DNA from: Proteromonas lacertae
Lineage: Eukaryota
DNA: 20,000 nt
NCBI GenBank assembly: GCA_002245135.1
Contig: NGBS01000021.1
Coordinates: 123,746 to 143,745, forward strand
Direction of reading: 5' to 3'
The notes beneath the pieces are model-generated. The model did not search any database. It was not told the DNA's origin and saw only the letters and a program-made list of their open reading frames with translations. Positions 1 to 9,171 of this stretch are shown one piece after another (position 1 is the stretch's first letter; every line of letters starts with the position of its first letter). Both the position numbers and the translations under genes were made by a program.

Positions 1-167
1 CCTATCATATCTATATAATATAATATACTTATCGAACAATCATTTCCTCTCCAACCTGAATTGCAGATACATAATCCCATATTACAAATTCCATGCTCAC
101 TACACATATTTGGACATATTTGACATTGCACAAACACAGCAAGAGATAAAAGAAATATAAAGTTCAT
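1..167 (-). CDS. Secreted tenascin-type EGF-repeat protein, exon 1 (partial; continues off the window start)
   Basis: Not in the ORF track. ATG at 167 (-) reads [46 protein letters not shown]: a hydrophobic signal peptide, then the C-x3-C-x3-G-x-C-x4-C-x-C-x2-GW-x-G-x-DC EGF pattern. It is followed by a 27-nt GT-AG intron (28..2). Confidence 0.85.
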   Translation of the reverse strand, partial: MNFIFLLSLAVFVQCQICPNMCSEHGICNMGLCICNSGWRGNDCSISILYYIDMI

Positions 168-716
168 TGAAACGGATCTATTTCATTAAATGATCCAATT
201 TCATTTTATCAAAATTCTCATGTTTGATGTTGTATGTTATTTAGAAAACATTATCAATAGGATGAAAAAGTAGTACGACAAGATGTGATACAATTTTACT
301 ATCTTATTCTTAATTCAAATTCTCATGAATGTTTGTACTGTAAGATTTAATATGACAACATGATATATGAGTGTGAAATAACTAGAATGTACACTTTAAA
401 TTAATAAATAAGATAAATGATAGAAATGTAGTTTAAAATTAGAATATACTGCTAATGGTTTAAATTATTTTAAATTTGCATAATTTTTGTGATTATAAAA
501 TTAACAATAAAAACTTTTATGTTTTTAAGAAATTTTAATTTTCTCTCTAACAAGACATGTTTATTACATTTTTAACTTATTTTAATATTCCTATAGTTAT
601 ATTTGTTAATAACAAATCTAGTACACATTAAATAGCTAAGTAAAACTGAAGTAATAGTAAAATTTAATGAAAAAAACTCAAGCTTGGGCTTGAATAAACC
701 CAACATAATTTAAGAA

Positions 717-1994
717 ATGCGTTATCTAAAAGTTTGTGGAGCGCTTTTTATCGCTTCGTGTGTAATATTGATATATATACTCGGTCCCTCACATGAGCCC
801 AACATACCACACCCAATTGAGCCATTCACAGAATCACCGACTTCTTATTTCTCAACTCTTCCAGAAACATCAAAAGAAATTTATATAGTACCACCAAGAA
901 AGCCAGCCAGCTATGTTCCAAAAAGATCCGATTTAGAGTCATTCTTTGGTAACCCACCGTCTATAATATCTATATATTCAGAGAAGCATCGTTTGTGGAT
1001 GAAGGAGATTGAAACAAAGTCTACAACTCCCGTATTGCAGTATCATCCTCATCCTAACCTTGGAATAAGTAACAAAATGAGAGGTTTAATGTCAGCTACA
1101 TTATTTGCTATGTTAACAGATCGAGCATTAATAACAACTCAATGGAGAACAATTAAGGATTATTTCAAATTACCTATTGACATTTCACATGAACTGAATA
1201 ATTTCAAACCAACAGTAAAACATGCAGATTATGAAAATTGCTTTGATAAAGATGAAATTAGACAATTAATAGATGAATCAGCTCCTCGAATAATATTCTC
1301 AACATTTTGTGATATAGTAAGTGATTTATTATCATCAAAGGATTATACACGGCAATTATTAGATGCTGGATTAATTACAGAATCTGCTGATACAGTTGAT
1401 GAAAAATCAATACAAATCAGATATTTTCTATATAAGTATTTCTTCATTCCTTCAAAATCAGTTCAAAAAATAATATCAACTGAAAAAATGAAGTGGAAAA
1501 GTAATAGTTATATAATTGGAATTCATATCAGACAGAATCACATAGGTTGGGAAGATAATACGATCAAATTCCTCTCTCAGAATGGTATAGACAACATAAT
1601 AGAAGAAGCAGTGAAATTGACCAATAGAATTCAAATGAACAGTAATAATATGACAAATGTAAAATGGTTTATTTCAAGTGATAATTCAACTACTATTCAG
1701 TTGTTACAGAAGTCTCCATTATATTCATCCTATATAACCACTATCAATGGATATGAGAAGCTGCATTCTAGGGATAGTGGGAAATTTACTAGAAGTAGTT
1801 ATCTTGCTACTGTTGCTGATTTAATGTTATTATCTCAATGCAATTCATTGTTATTAACGAAAGATAGTACTTTTAGTGAGATAGGATATTATAGAAATAG
1901 AATTATATTGAATAAATTCTTAAAGTCAAATATGAAGGAATATAACGAAGTTAAATTCTTTATTGATGATAATTTTGTTGATAGTATCCTATAG
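717..1994 (+). CDS. Type II membrane alpha-1,2/1,6-fucosyltransferase-superfamily glycosyltransferase (GT11/GT23/GT37-like), intronless, 425 aa
   Basis: N-terminal TM anchor and Pro/Ser/Thr-rich stem. Motifs GISNKMRG, IIGIHIR (motif I), WFISSD (motif II) and DLMLLSQC...STFS (motif III) match the GDP-fucose-binding motifs of this superfamily. Confidence 0.75.
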   Translation: MRYLKVCGALFIASCVILIYILGPSHEPNIPHPIEPFTESPTSYFSTLPETSKEIYIVPPRKPASYVPKRSDLESFFGNPPSIISIYSEKHRLWMKEIETKSTTPVLQYHPHPNLGISNKMRGLMSATLFAMLTDRALITTQWRTIKDYFKLPIDISHELNNFKPTVKHADYENCFDKDEIRQLIDESAPRIIFSTFCDIVSDLLSSKDYTRQLLDAGLITESADTVDEKSIQIRYFLYKYFFIPSKSVQKIISTEKMKWKSNSYIIGIHIRQNHIGWEDNTIKFLSQNGIDNIIEEAVKLTNRIQMNSNNMTNVKWFISSDNSTTIQLLQKSPLYSSYITTINGYEKLHSRDSGKFTRSSYLATVADLMLLSQCNSLLLTKDSTFSEIGYYRNRIILNKFLKSNMKEYNEVKFFIDDNFVDSIL

Positions 1995-2047
1995 CAGGGT
2001 ATTTTGAAGTGATTTTTGATAAATCTTCACATAAATTAATTATTTAA

Positions 2048-2055
2048 TCTTATAT
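2048..2055 (+). repeat. Left target-site duplication TCTTATAT
   Basis: Identical to 4760-4767 and directly abuts the left TIR. 8 bp is the hAT-typical TSD length. Confidence 0.93.
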
Positions 2056-2148
2056 CTGGGTTCGATAAAGGGCGTCCTTTTCGAATTTTGCCCTATTTTT
2101 GCCCCTTTTTTTCAGCTGAAAAGAAGCCTGCCCCTTACTGCTCGGGCA
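2056..2148 (+). repeat. Left TIR plus subterminal TGCCC repeats
   Basis: TIR at 2056-2068; AAAGGGCGTCCTTT at 2067-2080; TGCCC at 2089, 2100 and 2129; GGGCA at 2144. Confidence 0.85.
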
Positions 2149-2697
2149 TAGTAATATTACCATGTGTTATGCTGTAGTATATTTTTTCTGATTTTTTGTT
2201 ATAACTTTTCCATATTATCATCTAGATATACTAACATATGTTAAAAAGGATATATTATTGTGTATTATAGCATAATAGTCATCTACTTTTCTTATGATTA
2301 TATAATATCATATGTTTATGCATATATACTAATTATATAGAATATACATACTGTATATCATATTCTGATATGCATATATATACATTATGTACATTTCAAG
2401 GTGATTGACGTCACTGAACATAAATGAAATTTATATAATAAATAATTTTGTATATTACACATATATCATATAGATAATTAAGAAGTATAGCTATAGAATG
2501 GGTATTTTCAGTTAATTGATAATCAATAGTACTTGTTATGATAATAACATAATATATTTCATAAACTAATAGAAAAACTATTTCAAAATTACTATTTAGT
2601 ATATTTTGCATACTACTTAATGTATTTCAAGCAATTATTTGAATACTTAGAAAATGGTTTGAGAATTTCGAGCTATCATTTTGCATTTCAATTGTAT

Positions 2698-4503
2698 ATG
2701 GGTAAAACGAGAGATGCTGTGTATAGATACTTTAATGAAGATGTGGTGTTAAAGAAACCCCTTGAAAAATACAACAGAATTCAATGCAGAAGGTGCAAGG
2801 CAATGATTATTGCTCATTGCACTAATTTGAAACGTCATTACAAAAAGTATAAATATATTTATTATATTTATTAAATTAGATGTAGTGAAAAGCTAATCCA
2901 ATCAAAACTTACATAATTGAGATATGATGAACGTGCAATAAACTTAATGGTGACCAAATATCTTATAGAAAATAACTTAGCTTTCAGAACCATACAATCT
3001 AAATCCTTTAAAAATCTAATATATACATTAAATCCAACTACAAAGTCAATAACAATAAACAAAATAAAAGCATCAATGAACGAAGAAGCAGAAAGAATAG
3101 TAAAGGAAATTGTAGATAACAGTAAAATATGTATAATTGTGGACGCTTGGAAATCAGTAACCAATGAAAACGTTATTAATTTGGCAATAAAGAAAAGCAG
3201 TGATATTTCGTTTTTGGAATCCATTTATTTACATAAACGAGAAACATCAGAAAATATAGTGGAATTAATAATTCAAACATTAGTGAAGTATAAACTAGAT
3301 ATTAAAAACATTGTTGCTGTGAGTAGTGATAACAACTACACCATGAAAAAGATAAGTAGTATTTTAGAGAAAAAAATAAATAGACCTGTAGTAAAGTTTG
3401 GATGTTTAGCACACATCCTAAACTTAATCAGTAAAAAAGTATTCGAAATAGAGAAATACAAAAAAGTGATAGTCATGTGTAATGACATTATTCATAAGTT
3501 AAATAATAATCAAAAGATTAGAGAAACTATATATTCAATTATACAAAAAAAATATCCAAATACGCAAGGGTTGTGATACGAGATGGTCAAGCTATAGCGA
3601 TGTATTTAGAAAAATATTACTCAATAAAGAAATTTTATTACAGATAAAATTATTAAAGGAAGAAGATATACAAGAAATTAAAGAATGCTACAAGATTGCA
3701 AAATATATTTCCACAAATATACACTTATTATGCAAAGATTCATCTACATTAAATGATGGTTTCAGAATATTGACCAAAATTAAAAGAAAGTTAATGAAAA
3801 GGTCATCAAGTGAAAAAGAACTTATTAAAGACATTATAAAAAAGAGACTAGACATGCAAACTACAGCATTTTAGCTCTATATGAATTTTTAGACATAAAC
3901 AGTAAACATAAATTTTCAGACATGGAGAAGGATAATATAAAAAGATATATATTATCTAAATTCAGCCCTATTTTAAATCAGAAAGCATTAAATGAGATTT
4001 ATCATTTTGAAAGAAGAAAACCATACTGCAAAAAGTGCCCTTCAGATATATTTTCGAAAAAGATATCAACTAATATATGGTACAATATGTATGGAGTTTT
4101 TTACCCAAATGTTAAGAAGCTATATGATATTCTTTCAACTATTCCTGTCACAAGCTCATTTATTGAACGTTCATTTAGTATTGAGGGAATAGTTCATAAT
4201 CATATTAGAAATAAATTACAGCTTAATACTATAAATAATATTTTAAGAATAAAATATGATTTATTAAAAGAAAAAAACAAAGAAAAAGATATAAATGAAG
4301 ATGATAATGATATTAGTGAAGAAGAATATAATTTAGATGTGCTGAATGAAATTGATAACAATATAGTATATGACACTTTAGATTATCAATGTTCTGGTGA
4401 TGAAGATGAAAGTTCTGGTAGTTCTAGCGATGAAGGTTTAAGTGATGAAAGTTCTAGTGATGAAGGTTTTAGTGATGAAGGATCTCAAAGCCCTTACTTT
4501 TAA
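2698..4503 (+). pseudogene. hAT transposase (BED zinc finger, DDE core, dimerisation domain), disrupted
   Basis: ATG at 2698. The BED finger CRRC...TNLKRHYKK|C is completed by a 33-nt GT-AG intron (2847-2879). Motifs IVDAW (D), VSSDN (D), CLAH (CxxH), CDTRWSS, LYEFLD and PVTSSFIERSFS (E). Lesions: in-frame TAA at 2914-2916, +1 shift in the A8 run 3545-3552, and a -1 shift near 3855-3870. Confidence 0.92.
4420..4479 (+). repeat. 30-bp tandem duplication in the acidic transposase tail
   Basis: AGTTCTAGCGATGAAGGTTTAAGTGATGAA followed by AGTTCTAGTGATGAAGGTTTTAGTGATGAA (28/30 identical), encoding SSSDEGLSDE and SSSDEGFSDE. Confidence 0.9.
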
Positions 4504-4528
4504 GGCTATTATTATAATGAAATATTAT

Positions 4529-4536
4529 TGTTTGTT
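4529..4536 (+). promoter_or_regulatory. TGTTTGTT putative 3'-end processing motif after the transposase
   Basis: Exact TGTTTGTT 25 nt after the transposase stop. This octamer is the known Blastocystis polyadenylation-associated downstream motif. Confidence 0.6.
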
Positions 4537-4640
4537 ATTGTTATAAGATAATAATACATAATTATGAAAAGAATAAATATTTTTATAGCGTTTAATATCC
4601 CTAAAATCGCACAAAATATAAAAATTCAAATAAAATAATT

Positions 4641-4759
4641 GAAAAGGGCAAATTGTACCCTTTTCTATTTTTAGATAGTATAAAGGACGCCCCTTTCAAT
4701 TTTTGCCCGGGACATGCCCTTGTCCCGCCACTGCCCTGTCCCTTTATTATTCAACCCAG
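4641..4759 (-). repeat. Right TIR plus subterminal TGCCC/TGTCCC repeats
   Basis: GGGCA at 4646; AAAGGACGCCCCTTT at 4682-4696 (near-inverted copy of 2067-2080); TGCCC at 4704, 4715 and 4732; TGTCCC at 4721 and 4737; TIR ends at 4759. Confidence 0.85.
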
Positions 4760-4767
4760 TCTTATAT
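4760..4767 (+). repeat. Right target-site duplication TCTTATAT
   Basis: Identical to 2048-2055 and directly abuts the right TIR (...AACCCAG). Confidence 0.93.
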
Positions 4768-4790
4768 GTAGTGAGTATATTATTTAAAAC

Positions 4791-4814
4791 ATATATATAT
4801 ATATATATATATAT
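4791..4814. repeat. (AT)12 microsatellite
   Basis: Uninterrupted AT dinucleotide run read directly from the sequence. Confidence 0.95.
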
Positions 4815-4869
4815 CTTTATGTTGTTTTTGTTGCTTTAAAGAACAAATAATAGAAAAATAATAATTCAT

Positions 4870-6836
4870 TCACACAAATGGTGATTTTGATTTCAAATGA
4901 CTTTCATGACTTAAACCGAAATACTAAATATGAGTGATAACATTACTAGAATATACATTTGATTGAAAGTATGAGTTTACAGGATATTGTAAGAAGTTTT
5001 CTAGTTTACTTGTATATAAATCAGCATATCTTATTAAATCAATTGAATAAATTGTTGGCAAGTATGTAGAGTTAAGAATATAACATTAAAATATTTAGTA
5101 ATATATAGAAAAACAAAAAAATGATATATTTTCACTTCTAAATATTGAACCAAAGTATTTATTCTTACATTTGTTTAATGACTCTTTCTCTTTCTCCAAT
5201 TCTTCATTTATTCTCTATTTAGGAATAAATCTACTCATAATTATACACTTATTAATAATCTATCACCTTCTGTCAAACCATTTATTTTACTAATTCTATT
5301 CTTTAATTCATATAATGCTTGAATCTACAAAACAAATGAAAAATAATCTCAATTTTACATTTATTGTTTGATCTCTATATTCTTGTTGATTTTCATGAAC
5401 AATTTCATCTTCTAATTCTCTTACAATTGCTCCAGTAATAATTCCATGTTTTCTAGAAGGTTCTACTAAATCACTATACATATTAAAATCATTAATAATA
5501 AACATACGATCTACTATCACCAAAGTATAAAATAGAATCAGAATATTTCCATCCAATATATTTCTTCATCTCATCATAACTACCATTTATATATATCTGA
5601 TGAGGTTGAAAATTATCAATTGTATTCCAATGAGTTTTATAATTATCATCGACATATTTGAATGGTGAATTACATCCACTGAAAAACAATGGCTTTCTTG
5701 ATTGACAAACAATAAATTCGAAATACTTCTTCCATTCATTTCCTAATAAGTAATTCATTCCAACATTCACATCTGTAGGTTTTGCATTACTGATGATATA
5801 TAATTGTTTATTATTATTCTTCCATTTTGTTAATGTATCTTTTAAATGACTAGATTCTTCTAAATATAAATCAACATTTTCTTTTATTTCTTTTCTTAAT
5901 AATCCACTATCATGAATAAAATCAATTGCTGTGTTCACTGCATCTAATACAATCTGCGGATCTTACAATATAAGTTAAAGAATTATAAAATATTAATTAT
6001 TAAAAATAAAATAAAAAAAGAAGGATATATAAGTAATATGAATATTTCTTTCAAAATAATCAATAACATCTGCTAATAAACATGTTTTTGAATAAGCAAA
6101 TATATCTGTCATCCAATATAAATTATTATTAATATAATCACTTGATAAATGTTTCTTCCCTTTATATATATCTAATATTTCATCTTCAAATATTTTGCTT
6201 TTTCCTTTATAACAACTATCTGTGGAGATGTTGTTGAAATAATCGAGTTTAAATAACAATCCAGTTTTCTTATCATACATTAATGAACGGATTGAAAATC
6301 CATGTTCATAACTTCTATACTTCAAATTACATGGAAAACTATTTATAAATGTAATATATAAATGATTTACCCTAATTCATTCATTAGATATTGCTTTGCA
6401 TTGTTATATATGAAATCATGGATTAAAGGAGTATAATGACATAGCGTATAATCATAATCAAAACCAATTGCATGAATTCTTGAAAAGTCTACATTGTTAT
6501 TAGCATATATCGCTTGTTCTTTGGGTAATGTTATAAATCCATCATTTACACTTTTTAAATATCTCTGAATATGATATAAGTGTAATATAGTACATCATAA
6601 TCGAGAATGTGCTGAACTACTTCTTGAGATAACATTAATTGATTATTTTGTTTTTGATAAGTGTATTTCATCATATCTGGTATAATATTTGATTGATTCA
6701 TTCTTGGTTGACTTGATTTAGCTAAAGAAGCCCATCTTGGCTTATAAGTTGATGAGGATATTAATCTCTTATAAATAGTACCATAATAACGATTTTTAGT
6801 TGATTTTTTAAATGTTTTGGTTGTTAAAGAAAGCAT
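4870..6836 (-). CDS. 5'-nucleotidase domain-containing HAD hydrolase (cN-II / NT5DC2-3-like), ~546 aa, 9 exons
   Basis: Motifs AIGFDYDYTL, LYIISNA, SRKPLFF, ILYFGD, TGAIVRELEDE, FGSIFRS, RYADLYTS and terminal LSHE. Introns: 6565-6593, 6339-6370, 5963-6028 (U12), 5474-5507, 5325-5358, 5215-5246, 5062-5127 (U12), 4924-4956. Spliced CDS is 1641 nt and open to TGA at 4872-4870. Confidence 0.9.
5062..5127 (-). other. U12-type AT-AC intron (66 nt)
   Basis: 5' ATATCATT, branch TTCTTAAC (5078-5071), then 9 nt ending in AC. Removal gives FRSENLPT, matching the family spacing FRTxxxPT. Confidence 0.85.
5963..6028 (-). other. U12-type intron with apparent AT-AA termini (66 nt)
   Basis: Perfect 5' ATATCCTT, branch TTCTTTAAC (5982-5974). 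The in-frame junction (ITY|DPQIV) ends at ...GTAA, while the AG one base further would shift the frame. Confidence 0.8.
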
Positions 6837-6942
6837 TTATAAAACACGATTTTTACTATACATGCAGTTCAACCATCCAATACATCACAATAACAAATTA
6901 AGAAAAATAAAAACAAAAGAAAAAGTAATTAGATTGTTTCTT

Positions 6943-8711
6943 TTATCCCATCTTCAAAATACCAGCTGCAATTAACTTCTGTATCTTCTCCATAATACCA
7001 GGATTGCTCATATGTTTCTGAATAGATGATGGATTCTGTTGCATATCTTGTAATACCTGTTGTACTACTGGATCTCCCAAAATGGATTGAATTTCTGGAT
7101 CTTCTAAAGCACGAGCTTGTTGTTCTTTATCAACTTGTCCATGCATAGTCTCATTGATCTTCATCATTGTAGCTTCTAAACCTTCCTTACAAGCTTCATT
7201 ATTTGGATCGATATCCAAGCCTTTCTGATAACTTTCAACAGCTTTGTGATATTTCTTTAAGAAATATTCAATAGCACCTTTTCTACTCCATGCTTTCACA
7301 TACTTTGGATCTAATTGAAGAGATTTTTCAATATCAGTCATAGCTCGGCCATAATCCATCATTTTACTATAAGCAGCACCTCTATTGCAGTATAATATCG
7401 GATCGCTTGGATTTCTCTTAATTGCTTCGTCATATTCCTTTATAGCTTCTGGAACTTTACCAGATTTCATTAATTCATTTCCTTTTTCTTTATGTTCTAA
7501 TGCTTTCTCTGGATTGATATAAGCAAGTCTTTCTTTCTCAGCTTTGGCTCTTTCAACGTCTAATAATTTCTCTTTTACCTGTTTGAGTGGAGCTTCAACC
7601 ATTGAGTCTTTATAGGCTTTGATAGCTTCATCATATTTCTCTAATTTTGCATAAGCATTTCCTAATTTGAAGAATAATTTAGCAATTGTTTCATAAGCAT
7701 TATGCTTTTCTCTTGCTACTTCAATAGCTTTTAAACATTCATCAATACATTTTTGATATTCCTTCTGTTCAATATAAACAGCAGCTTTGTTTACTCTATA
7801 TATTTGATCTTCTGGATCAATTTCTATTGCAGCATCATAACATTCTAAAGCCTTTTCAAAATCTTTCGATTTATAATATTTATTACCTTCATCCTTCTTA
7901 GCTACAGCTTTTTCTTTCGTTTCTCTCTTTTCTTTTTCTTCAGGAGTTTCATTTTCTGGTATTTTTGGTTCTTCTTTTTTAACTTCTGGAGCTGGTGGTG
8001 GTGGTGAAGGAGTTGAACTTTCTTCTTCTTTAAATCTATCATTATCTTCATCATTACCGTCCATTCCTGGCATACCACCCATTCCTTTAATCATCTCTTG
8101 CATTACTTCCATAATTTGTGGATCACTTAATGCTAATTGTGGATTGGTTTTAAGTAATTGTAATTTACCTAAGAAAGTGGGATCTTGCATGTATTTTTGT
8201 AATTTTGGATTACGTGCAATGGCTGCCATTAATTGTTGTGCCATTTGTCCACCAAAACCTCCCTCATCCATACCTGGTGGAGCAGTAGGACGATTAATTG
8301 CTTCTTCCACATCCTTTTTTCCATTTAATAATGATTGATTATTTGGATCAACTTTTAAACCATCTTCATATGCTTGAAGTGCTTCTGGGAGTTTACCTAA
8401 AGCAAATAATGCCTCACCTTTTCTTCCATAACCTTTTGGCCAGTCGGGTTTCATTGATATGCATTGTTCAGCATCTTTCAATGCTGATTCTTTGAATCCT
8501 TTCATTAAATAAGCAGCAGATCTGTTACTATAGTAAACCTGGTTTGAATTATCTAAAGAAATGGCCTAACAATCATAAGAAATATTAATCATACCTGGTT
8601 ATACCATTGTATGGCAGAATCGTAATCTTTTTGTTTAAGAAATTCATTGCCTTTATTCTTACAGTCTTCTGCATCACGTTTACGAGATTCTAGATCACCG
8701 GCGCCTGACAT
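6943..8711 (-). CDS. STI1: Hsp70-Hsp90 organising protein HOP/STI1, ~579 aa, 2 exons
   Basis: ATG at 8711 (MSGAGDLESRKRDAEDCKNKGNEF), 29-nt GT-AG intron at 8566-8594, then a TPR1-DP1-TPR2A-TPR2B-DP2 layout ending DPEIQSILGDPVVQQVL...KIQKLIAAGIL. Confidence 0.97.
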
Positions 8712-9171
8712 TTTTTATATTCAAAGAAAGAAAAAGAAATAGATTGATCTATAGAACTTTAGATTTTTCTATTTTTACTTTGTCATTTTGACATGAATTG
8801 ACCATTTTTGTGTGTTTTTACATCCATCATTCACATCCTTATATATTCTAAATGATAATATTCATTTTGTTGTATTGCTAGATGGATAAATAAGAGATTT
8901 GACAATCAATAAATATCTTCTTTTCCACATAATTATATTTTAATCTTGATCATTTTACATGATCATACATAATAAAATATTAATAGCGGAATAGCTCCAT
9001 ATCAATCTCTACAATTTTGTGTATATTTTTTTGATTTCTTCAGTATTCAACTATTTTAGGACAAATAAAACGCCTTTTCATCAATTATTTGTCATTATAA
9101 TATGCTAAAACACACTTTTAGATCCAAGCCTTCTCAAAAAGCTTGACATCTTTATTTTAAAAATTGAAGCT

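Larger units (their letters stand above)
2056..4759 (+). mobile_element. hAT-superfamily DNA transposon, full length (2704 bp), transposase disabled
   Basis: Perfect 8-bp TSD TCTTATAT at 2048-2055 and 4760-4767. Imperfect TIRs: CTGGGTTCGATAA (2056-2068) versus the right-end reverse complement CTGGGTTGAATAA (11/13 identical). GC-rich subterminal repeats at both ends and an internal hAT transposase. Confidence 0.95.

Noticed and set aside
667..703. TTGGG...CCCAA mini-hairpin (TGGGCTTGAATAA resembles the hAT TIR) and a 9-codon uORF before the fucosyltransferase
   Set aside because: Only a 5-bp stem, the TIR match needs a gap, and there is no flanking 8-bp duplication. Compatible with chance.
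2411..2611. Short ORF-track entries (2411-2611, 2871-3224, 3992-4192, 8144-8338, 8298-8495, 9594-9812, 10260-10487, 11144-11401, 12483-12665, 14158-15025, 16263-16523, 18452-18634, 19614-19853)
   Set aside because: Antisense or off-frame shadows of real genes, or low-complexity I/Y/F/L-rich translations of AT-rich DNA, with no family motifs.
2914..2916. In-frame TAA in the transposase as evidence for a reassigned genetic code
   Set aside because: STI1, RPL31 and the DENN gene end in TAA at the expected positions and have no internal TAA after splicing. A nonsense mutation is simpler.
4924..4926. TAG as the nucleotidase stop codon
   Set aside because: It is the acceptor of a 33-nt GT-AG intron. 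Splicing adds the family-like LSHE motif and a TGA at 4870 followed by a G/T motif.
8740..8775. Heat-shock element upstream of STI1
   Set aside because: Only one clean nGAAn unit with degenerate neighbours; no three alternating units.
9066..9085. CGCCTTTT resembling U5 snRNA loop 1
   Set aside because: The invariant loop continues ...TTTTAC, not TTTTCA, and there is no convincing closing stem or correctly placed Sm site.
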